Positions 12,622 to 25,330 of a DNA stretch of 64,000 nt are shown piece by piece (the stretch's first letter is position 1; every line of letters begins with the position of its first letter). The position numbers and the translations under genes are program-made. Source of the stretch: Felis catus. Its lineage: Eukaryota. The notes under the pieces are model-generated. The model saw only the letters and a list, made by a program, of their open reading frames with translations, searched no databases and had not been told where the DNA came from. Location: positions 138,262,001-138,326,000 of the forward strand of contig NC_058368.1 in NCBI RefSeq assembly GCF_018350175.1. Reading direction: 5' to 3'.

Positions 12622-12869
12622 AGCTGATGCAAACAGAGATGCATCACATCCAGACCCTGCTCATCATGTCCGAGATCTTCAGGAAAGGGATGAAGGAGGA
12701 GCTCCAGCTTGATCACAGCACCGTGGATAAAATCTTTCCTTGCTTAGATGAGTTACTTGAAATCCACAGGCATTTCTTTTCTAGTATGAAGGAGCGAAGG
12801 CAGGAGTCCTGTGCTGGTGATGACAGAAATTTCATCATCAATCGCATTGGAGATATTCTGGTACAACAG
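12622..12869 (+). CDS. ARHGEF28: ARHGEF28 exon (window exon 6): DH (RhoGEF) domain
   Basis: gtgtttCAG|AG CTG...CAA CAG|gtgaga; 248 nt, phase 1-0; ELMQTEMHHIQTL...IFPCLDELLEIHRHF...IGDILVQQ. Confidence 0.97.
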
Positions 12870-13487
12870 GTGAGAGAGGTTTTTAAAGGCCCTAACGTCA
12901 AACACCTGGAGGTTTGCAGACTTTCCACAATGTGAAAGCCTATGAAGAACTAGAATTGATTTTTTTTTTTTTAAACCATTATTGGCAGATGGGATTGCTT
13001 GGTTTTCTTCTGTTGGAACCTTTGTGTGCCTGATAGCCAAGAGCTTTGACAGCCAGGGACTGACTTGTGTGTGTCTCCAAACCTGGTGGGATCATCCTTG
13101 TCACTGTCTCCACCAGGAGTCACAGCCATAAATAAGTCTATTAGGAAAATTCTGCTTAGACTTTTTGATCTATGATAACACGTTCCCCACTCCCCACCCC
13201 CCACCCCTGAGCCTGTGATGGTCATGGCAATATCTGCAAGACAGATGCTGGCTCATCTTAGGAAGAGTGAGGAAGATCTATTATCATTAAAGCCTTGGTG
13301 TTCAGGCCTGGGGGACAAGACAGCAAATCTCACTAAAAGGAGACAGTTTTAGGTGCTCGGGATCGTTGAAGCATCATGAGAATGGTTTGTGTGACTCTAC
13401 TTAATAGATAAGAAAACCAAAACTGATAATTCCTTTTGGCCTTCTGGTCTCTTTGAAAGGGCTTTTCTATGAAAAAACCTGCTAATA

Positions 13488-13694
13488 GGGGCGCCTGGGT
13501 GGCGCAGTCGGTTAAGCGTCCGACTTCAGCCAGGTCACGATCTCACGGTCCGTGAGTTCGAGCCCCGCGTCAGGCTCTGGGCTGATGGCTCAGAGCCTGG
13601 AGCCTGCTTCCGATTCTGTGTCTCCCTCTCTCTCTGCCCCTCCCCCATTCATGCTCTGTCTCTCTCTGTCCCAAAAATAAATAAACGTTGGAAA
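13488..13694 (+). mobile_element. Young Can-SINE
   Basis: CpG-rich; TSD aaaaaacctgctaatag. Confidence 0.95.
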
Positions 13695-13927
13695 AAAAAA
13701 CCTGCTAATAGAGAAGTTAAGTAGCATACCCTCCGTGATCACAATCGGGCAAGCCCTTTGAGGGTACCTCCATGTAAATTACCTCCTTTACCTGCACACC
13801 TCTATAAGGTAAATCTTATCTTCCCCATTGTACAAATACAGAAAGTGACGCATGGGGAAAGTAATAACTTAGTCAAGTTCACACATCTCCTAAGTAGCAT
13901 AACTGGGATTTAAATCACAATCTGCTC

Positions 13928-14194
13928 TTTTATTTTATTTTATTTTATATTTTATTTTATTTTATTTTATTTTATTTTATTTTTTTAAATTTATGGTTGT
14001 TTATTTTTGAGAGAGACAGAGACACCGCGATTGGGGGAGGGGCAGAGAGAGAGAGGGAGAGAGAGAATCCCAAGCAGACTCTATACTGTTAGCACAGAGC
14101 CACATGTAGGGCTGGAACTCAGGAAACCGTGACATCATGAACTGAGCCGAAACCAAGTCAGACACTTAACCAACTGAGCCACCCGTGCGCCCCC
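13928..14194 (-). mobile_element. Can-SINE with (TTTTA)n tail expansion
   Basis: (TTTTA)n at about 13928-13985, then reverse SINE body. Confidence 0.9.
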
Positions 14195-15123
14195 TACAAG
14201 TTTTTAATCAAAGAGTAATCTGCTTTGCAGATCATCTATAAAGTCATAGACCTGCGTCATAATTCATCTGAAACACATAATGCCAAGAGACTGTAAAGTC
14301 CTTTGCAAGACAATTTGAGTAAAAATGTAAAAATGTGTCTGTGAACTTCAATTTGAGTGTGTTCAAAACTGAAGCACAAGATTTTTGTTTTTGTCATTTG
14401 AAATTATTTACATCTCTTTGCTTGATGGAAATGCTGTATTTTTAAATTCTCATTTAAAACACTTTTGTTCTTATGTTTGTAGTTGTCATGTTTTATATCT
14501 CTACCCATTCTGTTTTTATTTAATCGTGTATATAAGCAGGACTGACATTAGGAATGAGGTTTGGGAAGTTGGCTGTCACATAGGAAGAGCCTGGTGTGCT
14601 GCTTTTGGATGAAGTGCACCCTTCTCCTTCGGGGAGAGATTCTTGGTTATTCAGAGAAAAGGGTTTTAAGCCTCCTTTGGCATTTCTGTTGTTGGCATGC
14701 ATAGTGGGGGTGGCAAGGGGTCTCCTCCCAGTACCGTAAAAAGTTGTTTCCCGAGGGAGCACATTAGCTACATCCTCAGACAAGGGATGCGGGTGTGGGA
14801 ACCAAGGAAGCATTAGCTGTTTAAGGGATGTAGGAGAGAAGATTTCAAAGGAATCCCTCACTTTTTAGCCATGGAGAACCTTACTCAGGAGGCTAGACTG
14901 GAATGTGATGCTAATTGAGTCAGTGGAAATGTTGGTGTTGGTTCGAAATGATGAGTATGAGGAACATGATTGATATCAAGTCATAGTTTGCCAACTTCAG
15001 GTACATAAGAATCTCCTGAAGCCTGTTAAAAATGAAGACTTCTGTGTTCCAACACCCTCATGGTTTTGTTTTGATAGGTTTGGGGTGGGACCTGGGATTT
15101 GGCATTTAAATTTTTTTAATTTT

Positions 15124-15357
15124 GGGGGTGCCTACGTGGCTCTTTCAGTTGGTTAAGCATCTGGCTTCAGCTCAGGTCATGATGTCATGATTTGTGAGTT
15201 GGAGGCCCCACATTGAGCTCTGTGCTGCCAGCTCAGAGCCTGGAGCCTGCTTCGGATTCTGTGTCTCCCTCTCTCTGCCCCTCCCCACCTTGCACTCTGT
15301 CTTTCTCTCTCTCTCCTTCAAAAATAAATAAACATGCAAACAATTTTTAAAAAAAAT
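15124..15357 (+). mobile_element. Can-SINE
   Basis: Head, (CT)n and A-rich tail. Confidence 0.9.
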
Positions 15358-15828
15358 CAAAATATTTAATTTTTTAAAATATTTCTCCCCGATGCTAACA
15401 TCTTGCAAAATTATAGTATCGTAATCAGGATACTGACAATGATTCAATCAAGTCACAGACCATTTCCATCATCACAAGTACTTGCTTGTCTGGCTACTTT
15501 ATAGCCACACCTACTTCCCTCCTGCGCCCACCTCCTTAATTGCTGGCAACAACTAATCTCTGTTTCTGTAATTTTGTCATTTCAGTAATGTTAGATAAAT
15601 TACATGTGTGTTACATATAAATTACATATGTACTATGTAATCTCCCTTGGATTGGCTTCTTCCAGCCAATTAAAAAAGAATCATCTAGGTGGTTGGGTAG
15701 TTCAGTGGTTCATTCCTTTTTATTGTTGAGTAGTAGTCTGTGGTATGGAAATACCACGTGTGTTTAATCACTCACTTGTAGAAGGACATCTGGCTATTTC
15801 TAGTCCTTGGCTATTAGAAGTAAAGCTG

Positions 15829-16045
15829 GTTTAAAAAAAAAAAATTTTAATGTTTATTTATTTTGAGAGAGAGAAAGAGCAACTGTGAGCAGGGGAGGGT
15901 CACAGAGGTGAGAGAGAATCCCAAGCAGGCCCTGAGCTCTCAGGGCAGAGCCCGATGCGGGGCTCAAACTCGTGAACTGTGAGATCTTGACCTGAGCCGA
16001 AATCAAGAGTTGGACGCTTACCTGTCTGAGCCACCCAGGTGCCCC
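15829..16045 (-). mobile_element. Can-SINE
   Basis: TSD agaagtaaagctg. Confidence 0.92.
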
Positions 16046-16446
16046 AGAAGTAAAGCTGTTTTAAACATTCGTGTACAGATTTGTGTGCAAACTTAAGTTT
16101 TTCAGTTCTCTGGGATAAATGTCTGGGGTCCCAATTCATGACTTGCAGGGTGGTTGCATGCTTAATTTTGTAAGAAACTGCCAACTGTTCTCCAGAGTGA
16201 TTGTATTATTGTACATCCCTGTAAACAATGTACAATAATCCAGTTTTTCTGCATTCTCACTAGTACTTGGTGGTGTTACTATTTTTTTTAATTTTACCTA
16301 TCCTGAAAGATAGGTAATGATAAGTCATCGTGGTTTAAGTTATAATTCCCCCATAGCTGATGATGTTAAACATCTTTCATGTCCTTATCTGCCCTGTGTA
16401 TATCCTCTTTCATGAAAGGTTGGCTCCTGTCTTTTGCCCGTTTTCT

Positions 16447-16673
16447 TTTTTTTTTAATTTTTTTTTTCAACGTTTATTTATTTTTTTGGGGACAGAGAGA
16501 GACAGAGCATGAACGGGGGAGGGGCAGAGAGAGAGGGAGACACAGAATCGGAAACAGGCTCCAGGCTCCGAGCCATCAGCCCAGAGCCCGACGCGGGGCT
16601 CGAACCCACGGACCGTGAGATCGTGACCTGGCTGAAGTCGGACGCTTAACCGACTGCGCCACCCAGGCGCCCC
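16447..16673 (-). mobile_element. Young Can-SINE
   Basis: CpG-rich; TSD ttttgcccgttttct. Confidence 0.95.
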
Positions 16674-17541
16674 TTTTGCCCGTTTTCTAATGGGATTGTT
16701 TGTTTTCTTACTATTGAATATTGCAGTTTCTTTATGTAGTCTAGGTGCTAGTCATCTGTCAGGTATGTGATTTGCAGACATGAAGTCTGTAATTTAGTTT
16801 CTCATTTTCTGAGTTTGATGAAGTCCATTATTTCGGTTTTTCCTTGTAAGGGTCATGCTTTTGGTGTCAAATCTAAGAACTTTTTGTCTAGACTGAGATC
16901 TCAAAAGATTTTCTCCCATTTTTTTTTCTAAAAGTTTTACAGTTTTATGTTTTACATTTAAGTCTGTAGTCCATTCTGAGTTAATTGTTGTTTAGAATAT
17001 GAGACACAGGTCAAGATTCACTTCTTGTTTTTAGTCTCTGGATGTCCATTTCCCCCAATGCTTTTCCCCCTTTGTTAGAAGAGCCATCCTTCCTTCACTG
17101 AATTGCCTTTGCTCCCCTGTCAAAATTCCATTGGGCATTTTGGGTTCCTGTTCTGTTCCACTGATCTATGTGTCCATTATTTCACATAGTCTTAATTCTT
17201 GTAGCTATATAATCAATCTTGAAATTGGGTGGGCTGAGTCCTTCTACTTAATTCTTTTTCAAAATTGTTTTTAGCTATTCTCTTTTTTTCTATAAATTCT
17301 AGAATAATCTTGTCTGTATTTAAAAACTTGCTGGGATTCTAACGAGGATTGCATTAAACTTGTATATCAATTTGGGGAAAATGATGTCTTTACTATCTTG
17401 AGGCTCCCGGTCTATGAATATGGTATCTCTCTCCCTCCATTGATTTTCATCTTCTTTGATTTTTTTTTTTTTGTTTTACTAGCACTGTATAGTTTTCAGC
17501 ATATGAGGCCTGTATGTATCTTGTTAGATTTGTACTTAAGT

Positions 17542-17542
17542 T

Positions 17543-17592
<50 letters not shown>
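17542..17592. repeat. (TTTA)n microsatellite
   Basis: Read directly, about 12 units. Confidence 0.93.
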
Positions 17593-17593
<1 letters not shown>

Positions 17594-18090
17594 GAGCAAT
17601 TGTAGTTAATTTAAAGATCTCTTGAGATACTGGCCTCAAGCATAGATAAAACTATAAGGAAAGATGAAGACATCAGAGATGGTGATGTAAATCTGAAGTG
17701 CTTTCCTGGGGTTAGGGAGTGAGGTGTTTTCTGGTTTCTGTTGCTATAATCCTGAATGTGTCAAAGTCTGAAACACTGGCATTCAGGTAATTCAGTTTGT
17801 TCCCTTATGATTCTAATATGGTTACCATGTAGATTTTTCTCCAGAGATGTTTCCACCAATTAAGCTTATTGAAATATCCAGCCCACATCTCTACTTCGGT
17901 CCATCAGTTAATAAATTGGCATTCTGATTATCCATCTTTCCCTTTTACCTGCCTCTGGACCCATTTGTGATGTGCTGGCAAAAATTAAATTCCCAACTGA
18001 GGACTGAATCCATGGACATGATCAGTTCGCCTCTGTCAATGTCAACCTCTGAGAGGTCAAACCTTCTTGAGGCAAATATTGCCACATAGC

Positions 18091-18322
18091 TTTTCTTTTT
18101 TTTTTTTTTTAATTTTTAAAATATTTGTTTATTTTTGAAGAGAGAGAGTGAGCGAGCACGAGCAGGGTAGGGGCAGAGAGAGAGGGAGACACAGAATCCT
18201 GAGCAGGCTCCAGGCTCTGAGCTACCAGCACAGAGCCCAACGCGGGGCTCGAACCCACGAGCTGTGAGATCATGACCTGAGCTGAAGTTGGACCTTAACC
18301 GACTGAGCGACCCAGGTGCCCC
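18091..18322 (-). mobile_element. Can-SINE
   Basis: Reverse SINE body; TSD (cc)acatagc. Confidence 0.92.
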
Positions 18323-18714
18323 ACATAGCGTTTCTTCAGCCTAGAAAAGTGAAAAACAAAAAACAAAACAAAACAAACAAAAAACAAGCCCCAACAACAA
18401 TAGCGTGAAATGATAAAGTTGCACAAACAGCTCAAAAAGAATAAAAATAACAGATGTCTTTCATTTGACTGCCTGATAATCAAATCAGTTTAAAACAATA
18501 AAACCATGGTAGGTTGGTGTCTTCCCCTTACCTCTTGACAACTTTGTTTTAGTTTAATGTAAAAAGTGGGGAAAAGAAGGGACTGTGTTGAGAAATTTCA
18601 TATCTATTCTTTCTTTGCCAAGAATATATTGAAATACTTGAAAATTGCATGTTCTTTCTAGTGTTTATAACTAATTAAATTTGTAAACCATCACTGAAAT
18701 GTCACTCTTCTCAG

Positions 18715-18837
18715 TTTTCAGAAGAAAATGCAAATAAAATGAAGAAAGTATATGGAGAATTCTGTAGCCATCACAAAGAAGCCGTTAGCCTCTTTAAAGA
18801 ACTCCAACAAAATAAAAAGTTTCAGAATTTTATTAAG
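18715..18837 (+). CDS. ARHGEF28: ARHGEF28 exon (window exon 7): DH domain, GC donor
   Basis: ctcttctCAG|TTT TCA...ATT AAG|gcaagt; 123 nt, phase 0-0; [41 protein letters not shown]. Confidence 0.94.
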
Positions 18838-19246
18838 GCAAGTATTTTAAAGCTATTACAAAGTGGAAAACCATTGTGGGAAGTAGTTGATGCTTGCTTG
18901 GTATATGACCTTAACAAGTTTCACATCTAGATGCTGTTTTTCAGGGGAAAGAGAAGAAAGTGATAGGTTTGTGGCAAAGGTGGAAGGTCTGTTTTTCTGC
19001 CTTTGTGAAATATTTCTCCCCCAACATTTCCTTTTGTATTTTATATTGGTAATGTGTCCTCCAAGCTTCTGACCACCTTTGTAATATCCTGGGAAGCTAT
19101 TTCCTGTCCTGACAGGTTATAAATCAGAAGAACCTTAGTAAAAATATAGTACCCACCCCACCCCTACTGGATTAATTTGAAGTAAATCCAGAACATCATA
19201 TAATTTCACATGTATGTAATATGTATCTCTAAACAATGCATCTTTT

Positions 19247-19460
19247 TTTTCTTTTTTCAACGTTTATTTATTTTTGGGACAGAGAGAGACAGAGCATGAA
19301 CGGGGGAGGGGCAGAGAGAGAGGGAGACTCAGAATCAGAAACAGGCTCCAGGCTCTGAGCCATCAGCCCAGAGCCCGACGCGGGGCTTGAACTCCCGGAC
19401 CGCGAGATCGTGACCTGGCTGAAGTCGGACGCTTAACCGACTGCGCCACCCAGGCGCCCC
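19247..19460 (-). mobile_element. Young Can-SINE inside the GC-AG intron
   Basis: CpG-rich; TSD aacaatgcatctttt. Confidence 0.95.
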
Positions 19461-20283
19461 AACAATGCATCTTTTAAAAATTACAGTGGTGCTATCACAG
19501 CTAATAGGTTAACAATTATTCTTTAATAGCTTCAGACAGCTGCTCAGATTCCCTAAGAATCTCATGAAATTGGATTGCTTAAGTGAGAATCTGATTAAAG
19601 TTGACATATTGTGTATCAGAATTGTAGCTTTTAAATCTGTTTTCATTTGAATGTTCCCCATCCCCTTAATTAGTTATTTTTTGGTGTCCAATTTATTTGT
19701 TGAAGAAATTTGTCCTTTAGAGTTCGATGGATTCTGCATTTTTTTTCTACCATTTTAAGAATGCTACCAGACTCTCCCCCTTTCCCCCCTCCCCTGCCCC
19801 ACTGTACATTTGTTTTGAGAACTTGAAAACTTAACAGTATAAAATTTTTAGGAAAAAAGTTGCCCTGATTAGAGGGAACTGTAAGTGCCGTGATGAATAA
19901 TAACCAATGTAGAGGATGATTGTTTAGAAAAACAAATATTTAACTGTAAACTCACACTCAAAATGTGACTTTGACTTGTGAATATTTTCCAGAACTTTTA
20001 CTCTTCATAAATCTTAACACTTACTGGCATGTGCTTAATTTTGGAATTAACTACAAATACATCACAGTAACTTGAAACTCCTTAAGCTTGAAGAATTAGG
20101 TTATTGAAATTAATGACAAAGTATATGATTTAATGGCAATTAATCAAGTTTTAATGAATGATCATACATATTACACTGTATCTGAATAAAATGATACAGT
20201 TGCAGATTCTTGGTTTTATTACGCTCAGACCTAAAAAGAAAATAGTTTGTGTATATAAAAACGTATACATATATATTTTTAAG

Positions 20284-20401
20284 CTTCAAAATAGTAACCT
20301 TTTGGCCCGACGCCGAGGAATCCCAGAATGCATCCTGCTAGTCACTCAGCGCATCACGAAATACCCTGTCCTGGTGGAAAGGATTTTGCAGTACACAAAG
20401 G
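20284..20401 (+). CDS. ARHGEF28: ARHGEF28 exon (window exon 8): DH domain CR3
   Basis: atatttttAAG|CTT CAA...AAG G|gtgagt; 118 nt, phase 0-1; [39 protein letters not shown] (QRITKYP hallmark). Confidence 0.95.
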
Positions 20402-21109
20402 GTGAGTAATAAGTTCCAGGGTAAACATTTGCCTCTTGCATTAATTTTAAACATTGCTGAGGTATTGCCAAAGGATATAAATGCTTGTGGCCTGTGATTC
20501 ATGAAACCTGTTTGTTAGGGAAAAACTTGCAGAGCCTTGAGTTTTGGGTCCATTTTGAGAAGTTATCTTTTATAATGTAGCCTGGGCAATCTTCTGAATT
20601 CCTCCAAGCAGCCCGAGCTATGCAGCATTCTTCATACTTCAACTCTGCCTATCCCTTCTTCAGTTTCCCTACATCCACATCTTCATAATACCTTTCCTTC
20701 CTCATCTTTCTCTTCGCTTACCAGTAAGTCTGATGAGCCATATGCCATTGATCCCATCACCAAATGTCAAGCCTTCCAAGCAGTGAATTATTAGAATGAG
20801 AACAATTCATGAGGGAGCTTTTTTTTTTTTCTCCCCACCCTGTCAAATCATCATGTCCCAGGGGGTAACATCTGGGCATCCTTTAAGAGGCTAATAATGT
20901 ATATGGCTGGGCCATAAGCTCCTTAAGGCATCTAGAAGGATTGTGTCTATCTGGTTCTTTTCTCCTCTCCTTCTAGCACCTTCTTCAATGCTAGTGTAGT
21001 GACTGGTACAGAATAGGTTATCAATAAATACAAACACACCAGAGCAATGGATGAGTACATAAAAATTCCTGTTCCTCAAGCTAGCTTATTGATCTTGAGT
21101 AAATTATTC

Positions 21110-21335
21110 TTTGGATGGTAGCGTTGTAGGTTAACTAACACTGGGGTTTGGAATTATGTAAACTTGCATTGCCATTGAATATACTTGGTTTGGCAGGTCA
21201 TTAGTTGGGCATGTTTGTTAAATGAGCCTCGTTTTCCTCCACTACCAAGTGAGATTTATAATCCTTAGGGAATTGTTGTGATGGTTAAATGAGATGGTTG
21301 CATAAAATGCCCGGTGCAGAGCCTGGTGTAAACAG
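21110..21335 (+). mobile_element. MIR remnant
   Basis: tgagcctcgttttcctc...gttgtgatggttaaatgagat...gcctgg. Confidence 0.6.
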
Positions 21336-22390
21336 AGTGGAAGCTGTTTTTATTACCTTAGTTATGATTGAGGGACTTGTTGCTGATGAAAACCGTAATG
21401 AGATCTTAAGTACCCTGTCTAAAAATGTGAACGTCTAACATCCTTTTGGGGCAGGGGGAGGGAAGCAGTCTAGGCGAGTAGAAAAGCATGAGTTAGTGTT
21501 TCCTTTATTTCGGTCATGTTAAGGACTAAGTTCAGGCTGGAATGGGGGCAGCTATTCCTTGATCCCATTTTTACCACTCCGCGTAATTTAACGTAAAGGG
21601 AAATACAACAACAGTGTGAGGAGAAAAGCCTCATAAATGTTGTTCTCAGCAAAAATAACGAAAACACACCTGAGGCTTTCCATTGGTATGATGTTCGTAT
21701 AAAGTGTAAAGTTTGAATACGGTGTGTCAGACACTAAAATCTGTCAGATTGTGTTAGGTCAGCGGTCGCTCCTCCAAGAATCGCCCCGTGCCAAGTTCCT
21801 GGTAGAGTGATTAACAGTCATTACCTACCGTGTGTCAGAAATGATGAGTGTGACTTACAGCTTTTCAGGTATAGCCGTCATAGTGACTGAATGGACACTG
21901 CTTCCTTAGGTCAGACCCCCCAGTGGCCCATCCTCTCTCTGGCTTCTGGGAACGTTGGTTCATGTGGCTCTGTTATGGCTGTGCCTCTCACACTTCATTA
22001 GGCAGAGTCCTTTCCTGCATATCTTGTTTGCGCGCACACTCTGCCTCAGTTAGGTCTGAGGTGAAGCCCAAGGAATCATTCTGACAAGACTCCAAGAGAG
22101 GCCCATGCTGCTTCACTTCATGTAGCCCGCCATTACAGGACAGGAATTTGTCCCTCCTGGTCAAATGACTGAGCCTTTTCTTGGCCTTACATGTTACCTT
22201 ATAACTCAACTTTGCTTTTCTTTACTCACCTTTCATATTTATAAAATAGGTTCTTTAGAGAGAAGCATATTTTGAGGGGGAGGGGCTGCTTAGTGGTTGG
22301 TAAGTGTAGGAAAGAAGATACTTTCAGACAGTGAGAAAGAATCTTCCTTGTTGAAGAGCCCTGTCAGGATCTGTTGATTGGTTTTCTGGG

Positions 22391-22466
22391 AAAAACAAAA
22401 AAAAAAACAAAAAAAAAAAAACAAAAAAAAAACCAAAACAAAAAAACAAAAAACAAAAAACAAAAA
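22391..22466. repeat. A-rich (CAn) low-complexity run
   Basis: Read directly. Confidence 0.9.
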
Positions 22467-23445
22467 CCCTTGGTGTATCTAGGACATTTAGAACCTGGAA
22501 ACGTTTAGAGTGTTTGAGGACTTGTTCTCCTCTCACGTGACTCCTCTCACGTGACTGTGTGTTTATTTCTGTTCTTTCTAGGCTTTCGTGCTCTCAGCCA
22601 GTTTTCCTTCTCTCCTTCCAGCACCTTCTGACCTCCTGAAACTTTCAGTTCTTCTGACCTCAGTAAACATTAACCGGGTGTTCTTTGTCATCAAATAAGA
22701 AAATTGTTAAATCCAGTTTCATCTGGAGTCCTAGGATCCTGTTCCAGAAACTCCTCCAGAGTTTTTTCATAAGATAACTTAGAGATAAGAGCAGATGGCC
22801 AGTGTTTCAAAGAATAACCACTGGAATCGATGATTACTGTGACTGACCTACTAACTTCGACCCACTAAGCACAGTGTTTTTATGCCATTTTTGTAGGTTG
22901 AAAGTGTTAAAATATATTTTATTAATACATGCATCTTGATGCTAATGCAGTTCTAAAATATAATATTGAATATTTTTTTTATGGAGGGGGAGGGATCCAG
23001 GAAGGCAAATGAGTCTGGGGCCTGTTCAAATCACCCTGCTGTTCAAATCACTCTGTCTTGAAAGGATTCTAATTTGGGCCTGCAGCCTGGTTAAATTGTA
23101 AGAGATTCGGTGAAGGGGTTATTTGATTACCTGTGTCTGGAAAGGTGGAAAGAAAGCCAAGGTTAGTATCTAACACATTCAGTGTTCTTGGGGAAGGTCG
23201 TAGCCGTCTCTAGAACTCAGACATCTTACAGTGTTTCAGGTTAAGCATATCTGATAAGTACATCGTTTAACAGTTCTTTTTGGGAGGAAGGGTACAGACT
23301 GATAATAAAGCATCTGAACTTAATCCAGTGTTTTCATCGTGTGATTTTTGCCACTTGTATGATTTTAATTGCATTTAACACACAAAAAACTGTCTTCCTC
23401 AGCACAATGGCTAATTTTATAGTGTTCTTTCTTTTTCCCACGCAG

Positions 23446-23700
23446 AAAGAAGTGAAGAACATAAAGACTTGTGCAAAGCTCTGTGCTTAATTAAAGACAT
23501 GATTGCCGCTGTGGATTTAAAAGTCAGCGAGTATGAGAAAAACCAAAAATGGCTTGAGATCTTGAATAAGATCGAAAACAAAACCTACACAAAGCTCAAA
23601 AATGGCCATGTGTTTAGGAAGCAAGCACTGATAAGTAAAGAAAGGACTCTGTTATATGATGGCCTTGTTTACTGGAAAACTGCCACAGGTCGTTTCAAAG
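23446..23700 (+). CDS. ARHGEF28: ARHGEF28 exon (window exon 9): DH end and PH start
   Basis: ttcccacgCAG|AA AGA...AAA G|gtattg; 255 nt, phase 1-1; RSEEHKDLCKALCLIKDMI...LLYDGLVYWKTATGRFK. Confidence 0.96.
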
Positions 23701-24289
23701 GTATTGGGGCTCCAGCAGACCTCTTTTTCTTCTTTCACATATGTTACTCATGTAACAGGACAGGTTTTCAAAAGGAAAAGTGGTCCCGAGGTGGCAGATG
23801 CACACAGACCCCCTGGGACGTGGAAGGATCCCTGTGGGATCCGGTCGTCAACTTCACTAGGCAAATGCCACGGATCTTTGGGGGGCGTGTGCTGCCCCAG
23901 GCAAAAGCCTTCATAAATATTTTATGAATTTGCAGTTTGGAACGTTTGAATCAAAGGCACTGAGAATCCTGCTAATGGCTGGCATGGAAATAGTCATCAG
24001 GCACATGCAGTGTGTTGAAAACGAGGGAGCCTGACCGTACATTTAGCGTCTGTGCGCCAGGCCAGCCGGGGGCTGTCATGCCATCGAGGGGAAACAGGAG
24101 CTCTGAATGTCGTTCTTACTGAGTAAAAAGATGCAGAAATACCCATGCTGGCGGTGGTGCAAACTCTTCCTCAGTGCTTCTGTTTGCCATTTACTGGCAT
24201 TAATCTGACCCTATTAATCTAGTTAGACTCTAAAACCGCTTATTCAGATTCTGAAGGTCTGATTCTGTAGGTACCGTCTTGCCTGATGC

Positions 24290-24470
24290 AGGCTGGCTCC
24301 AGCCTGACCGCATGTGATAGAATCGCCTTGGGAGCTTAAAAAAAATTACTGATGTTCGAGTCTTCTCCCAGAGATTCTGATTTTATCGGTCTGGGGATGA
24401 AGTCCAAGTGTAGGGGAGCTTCAATGCTCCCAGGTGAGTCTGCTGTGCAGCCAGGGTTAGGAACCACTGG
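24290..24470. mobile_element. MER5-like DNA transposon remnant
   Basis: cccagagattctgatttt...cccaggtgagtctg...gcagccagggttaggaaccactg. Confidence 0.75.
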
Positions 24471-25253
24471 TCTGTTATCCCTGTTTTTAGTGTATCTTAG
24501 TAACTTGCTCAGGTAAGAAGTAAGAGGAAGAGGTTATTCAAAGGGTCTAGTTACTCAAAGGTAACCCTTGGGAGGATTATCAGGTTTTCATGGTGTTTGC
24601 ATCTAACCACTGAGATGGGATTTTTTGGTCCACAATGTTGCAACCACACATTAACCACAATTGGAACATTAACCAAACGAAAACATGAACCAGTCTGTAG
24701 ATCACGTTGCAGCAAGTCCTTTGCTCTTGGTCATTTCACTGAATCAGCAGTTGGATAACTCTGTTAGGATGGTGAGTAGGTTAGAGAAGATGAGTTCCCG
24801 TGAACAATTTGTGGAAATAGAAGATCACAAACTCGCTCAGGTCTAGATGGAGCAAGACAGCAGACTTGTACGCCTAATTCAAGGCAGAAGCTCCAACAGT
24901 TATAGTTGAGCTTCTTTTTCTAAAGGTAACCACTTGCTCCATTCTATTAGAACTTTTGTTTATTGGATATTTTTTTTCCCATCTGAATACTACAGTATTA
25001 CATTTTGCTGGAGATTTAGCTCTACCTGTAGTGATACAAACCTGGATGCATAAACACAGCTAATCTAAGTTGTCTGTAAACTTCATCTTTGGCTACCCTG
25101 ATACGGGCATTTTTATAGAAGTTCCATACTTAGACTAAATGTTAGTCTATTTTTAATAAGTTTATTTAAGTTTCAACCATGAAATGAGTATTTGATAAAG
25201 GCATTTGAACTGTGGTTAGTTTCATTAATAGTAGTAATATCTTTCCTTTGAAG

Positions 25254-25330
25254 ATATCCTGGCTCTCCTCCTAACTGATGTGCTGCTCTTTTTACAAGAA
25301 AAAGACCAGAAATACATCTTTGCAGCTGTT
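25254..25330 (+). CDS. ARHGEF28: ARHGEF28 exon (window exon 10): PH domain
   Basis: ttcctttgAAG|AT ATC...GCT GTT|gtaagt; 77 nt, phase 1-0; ILALLLTDVLLFLQEKDQKYIFAAV; not in the ORF track. Confidence 0.95.

Larger units (their letters stand above)
15380..17540 (-). mobile_element. Old L1 fragment interrupted by two SINEs
   Basis: Antisense L1 ORF2/3'UTR motifs (gttccactgatctatgtgtcc, ggattgcattaaacttgtatatcaatttgggg); bounds approximate. Confidence 0.8.

Noticed and set aside
16379..16618. Recurrent ORFs containing ETEHERGRGRERGRHRIGNRLQA (also near 8808, 26756, 44660, 59778)
   Set aside because: Translations of antisense Can-SINEs, not a gene family.
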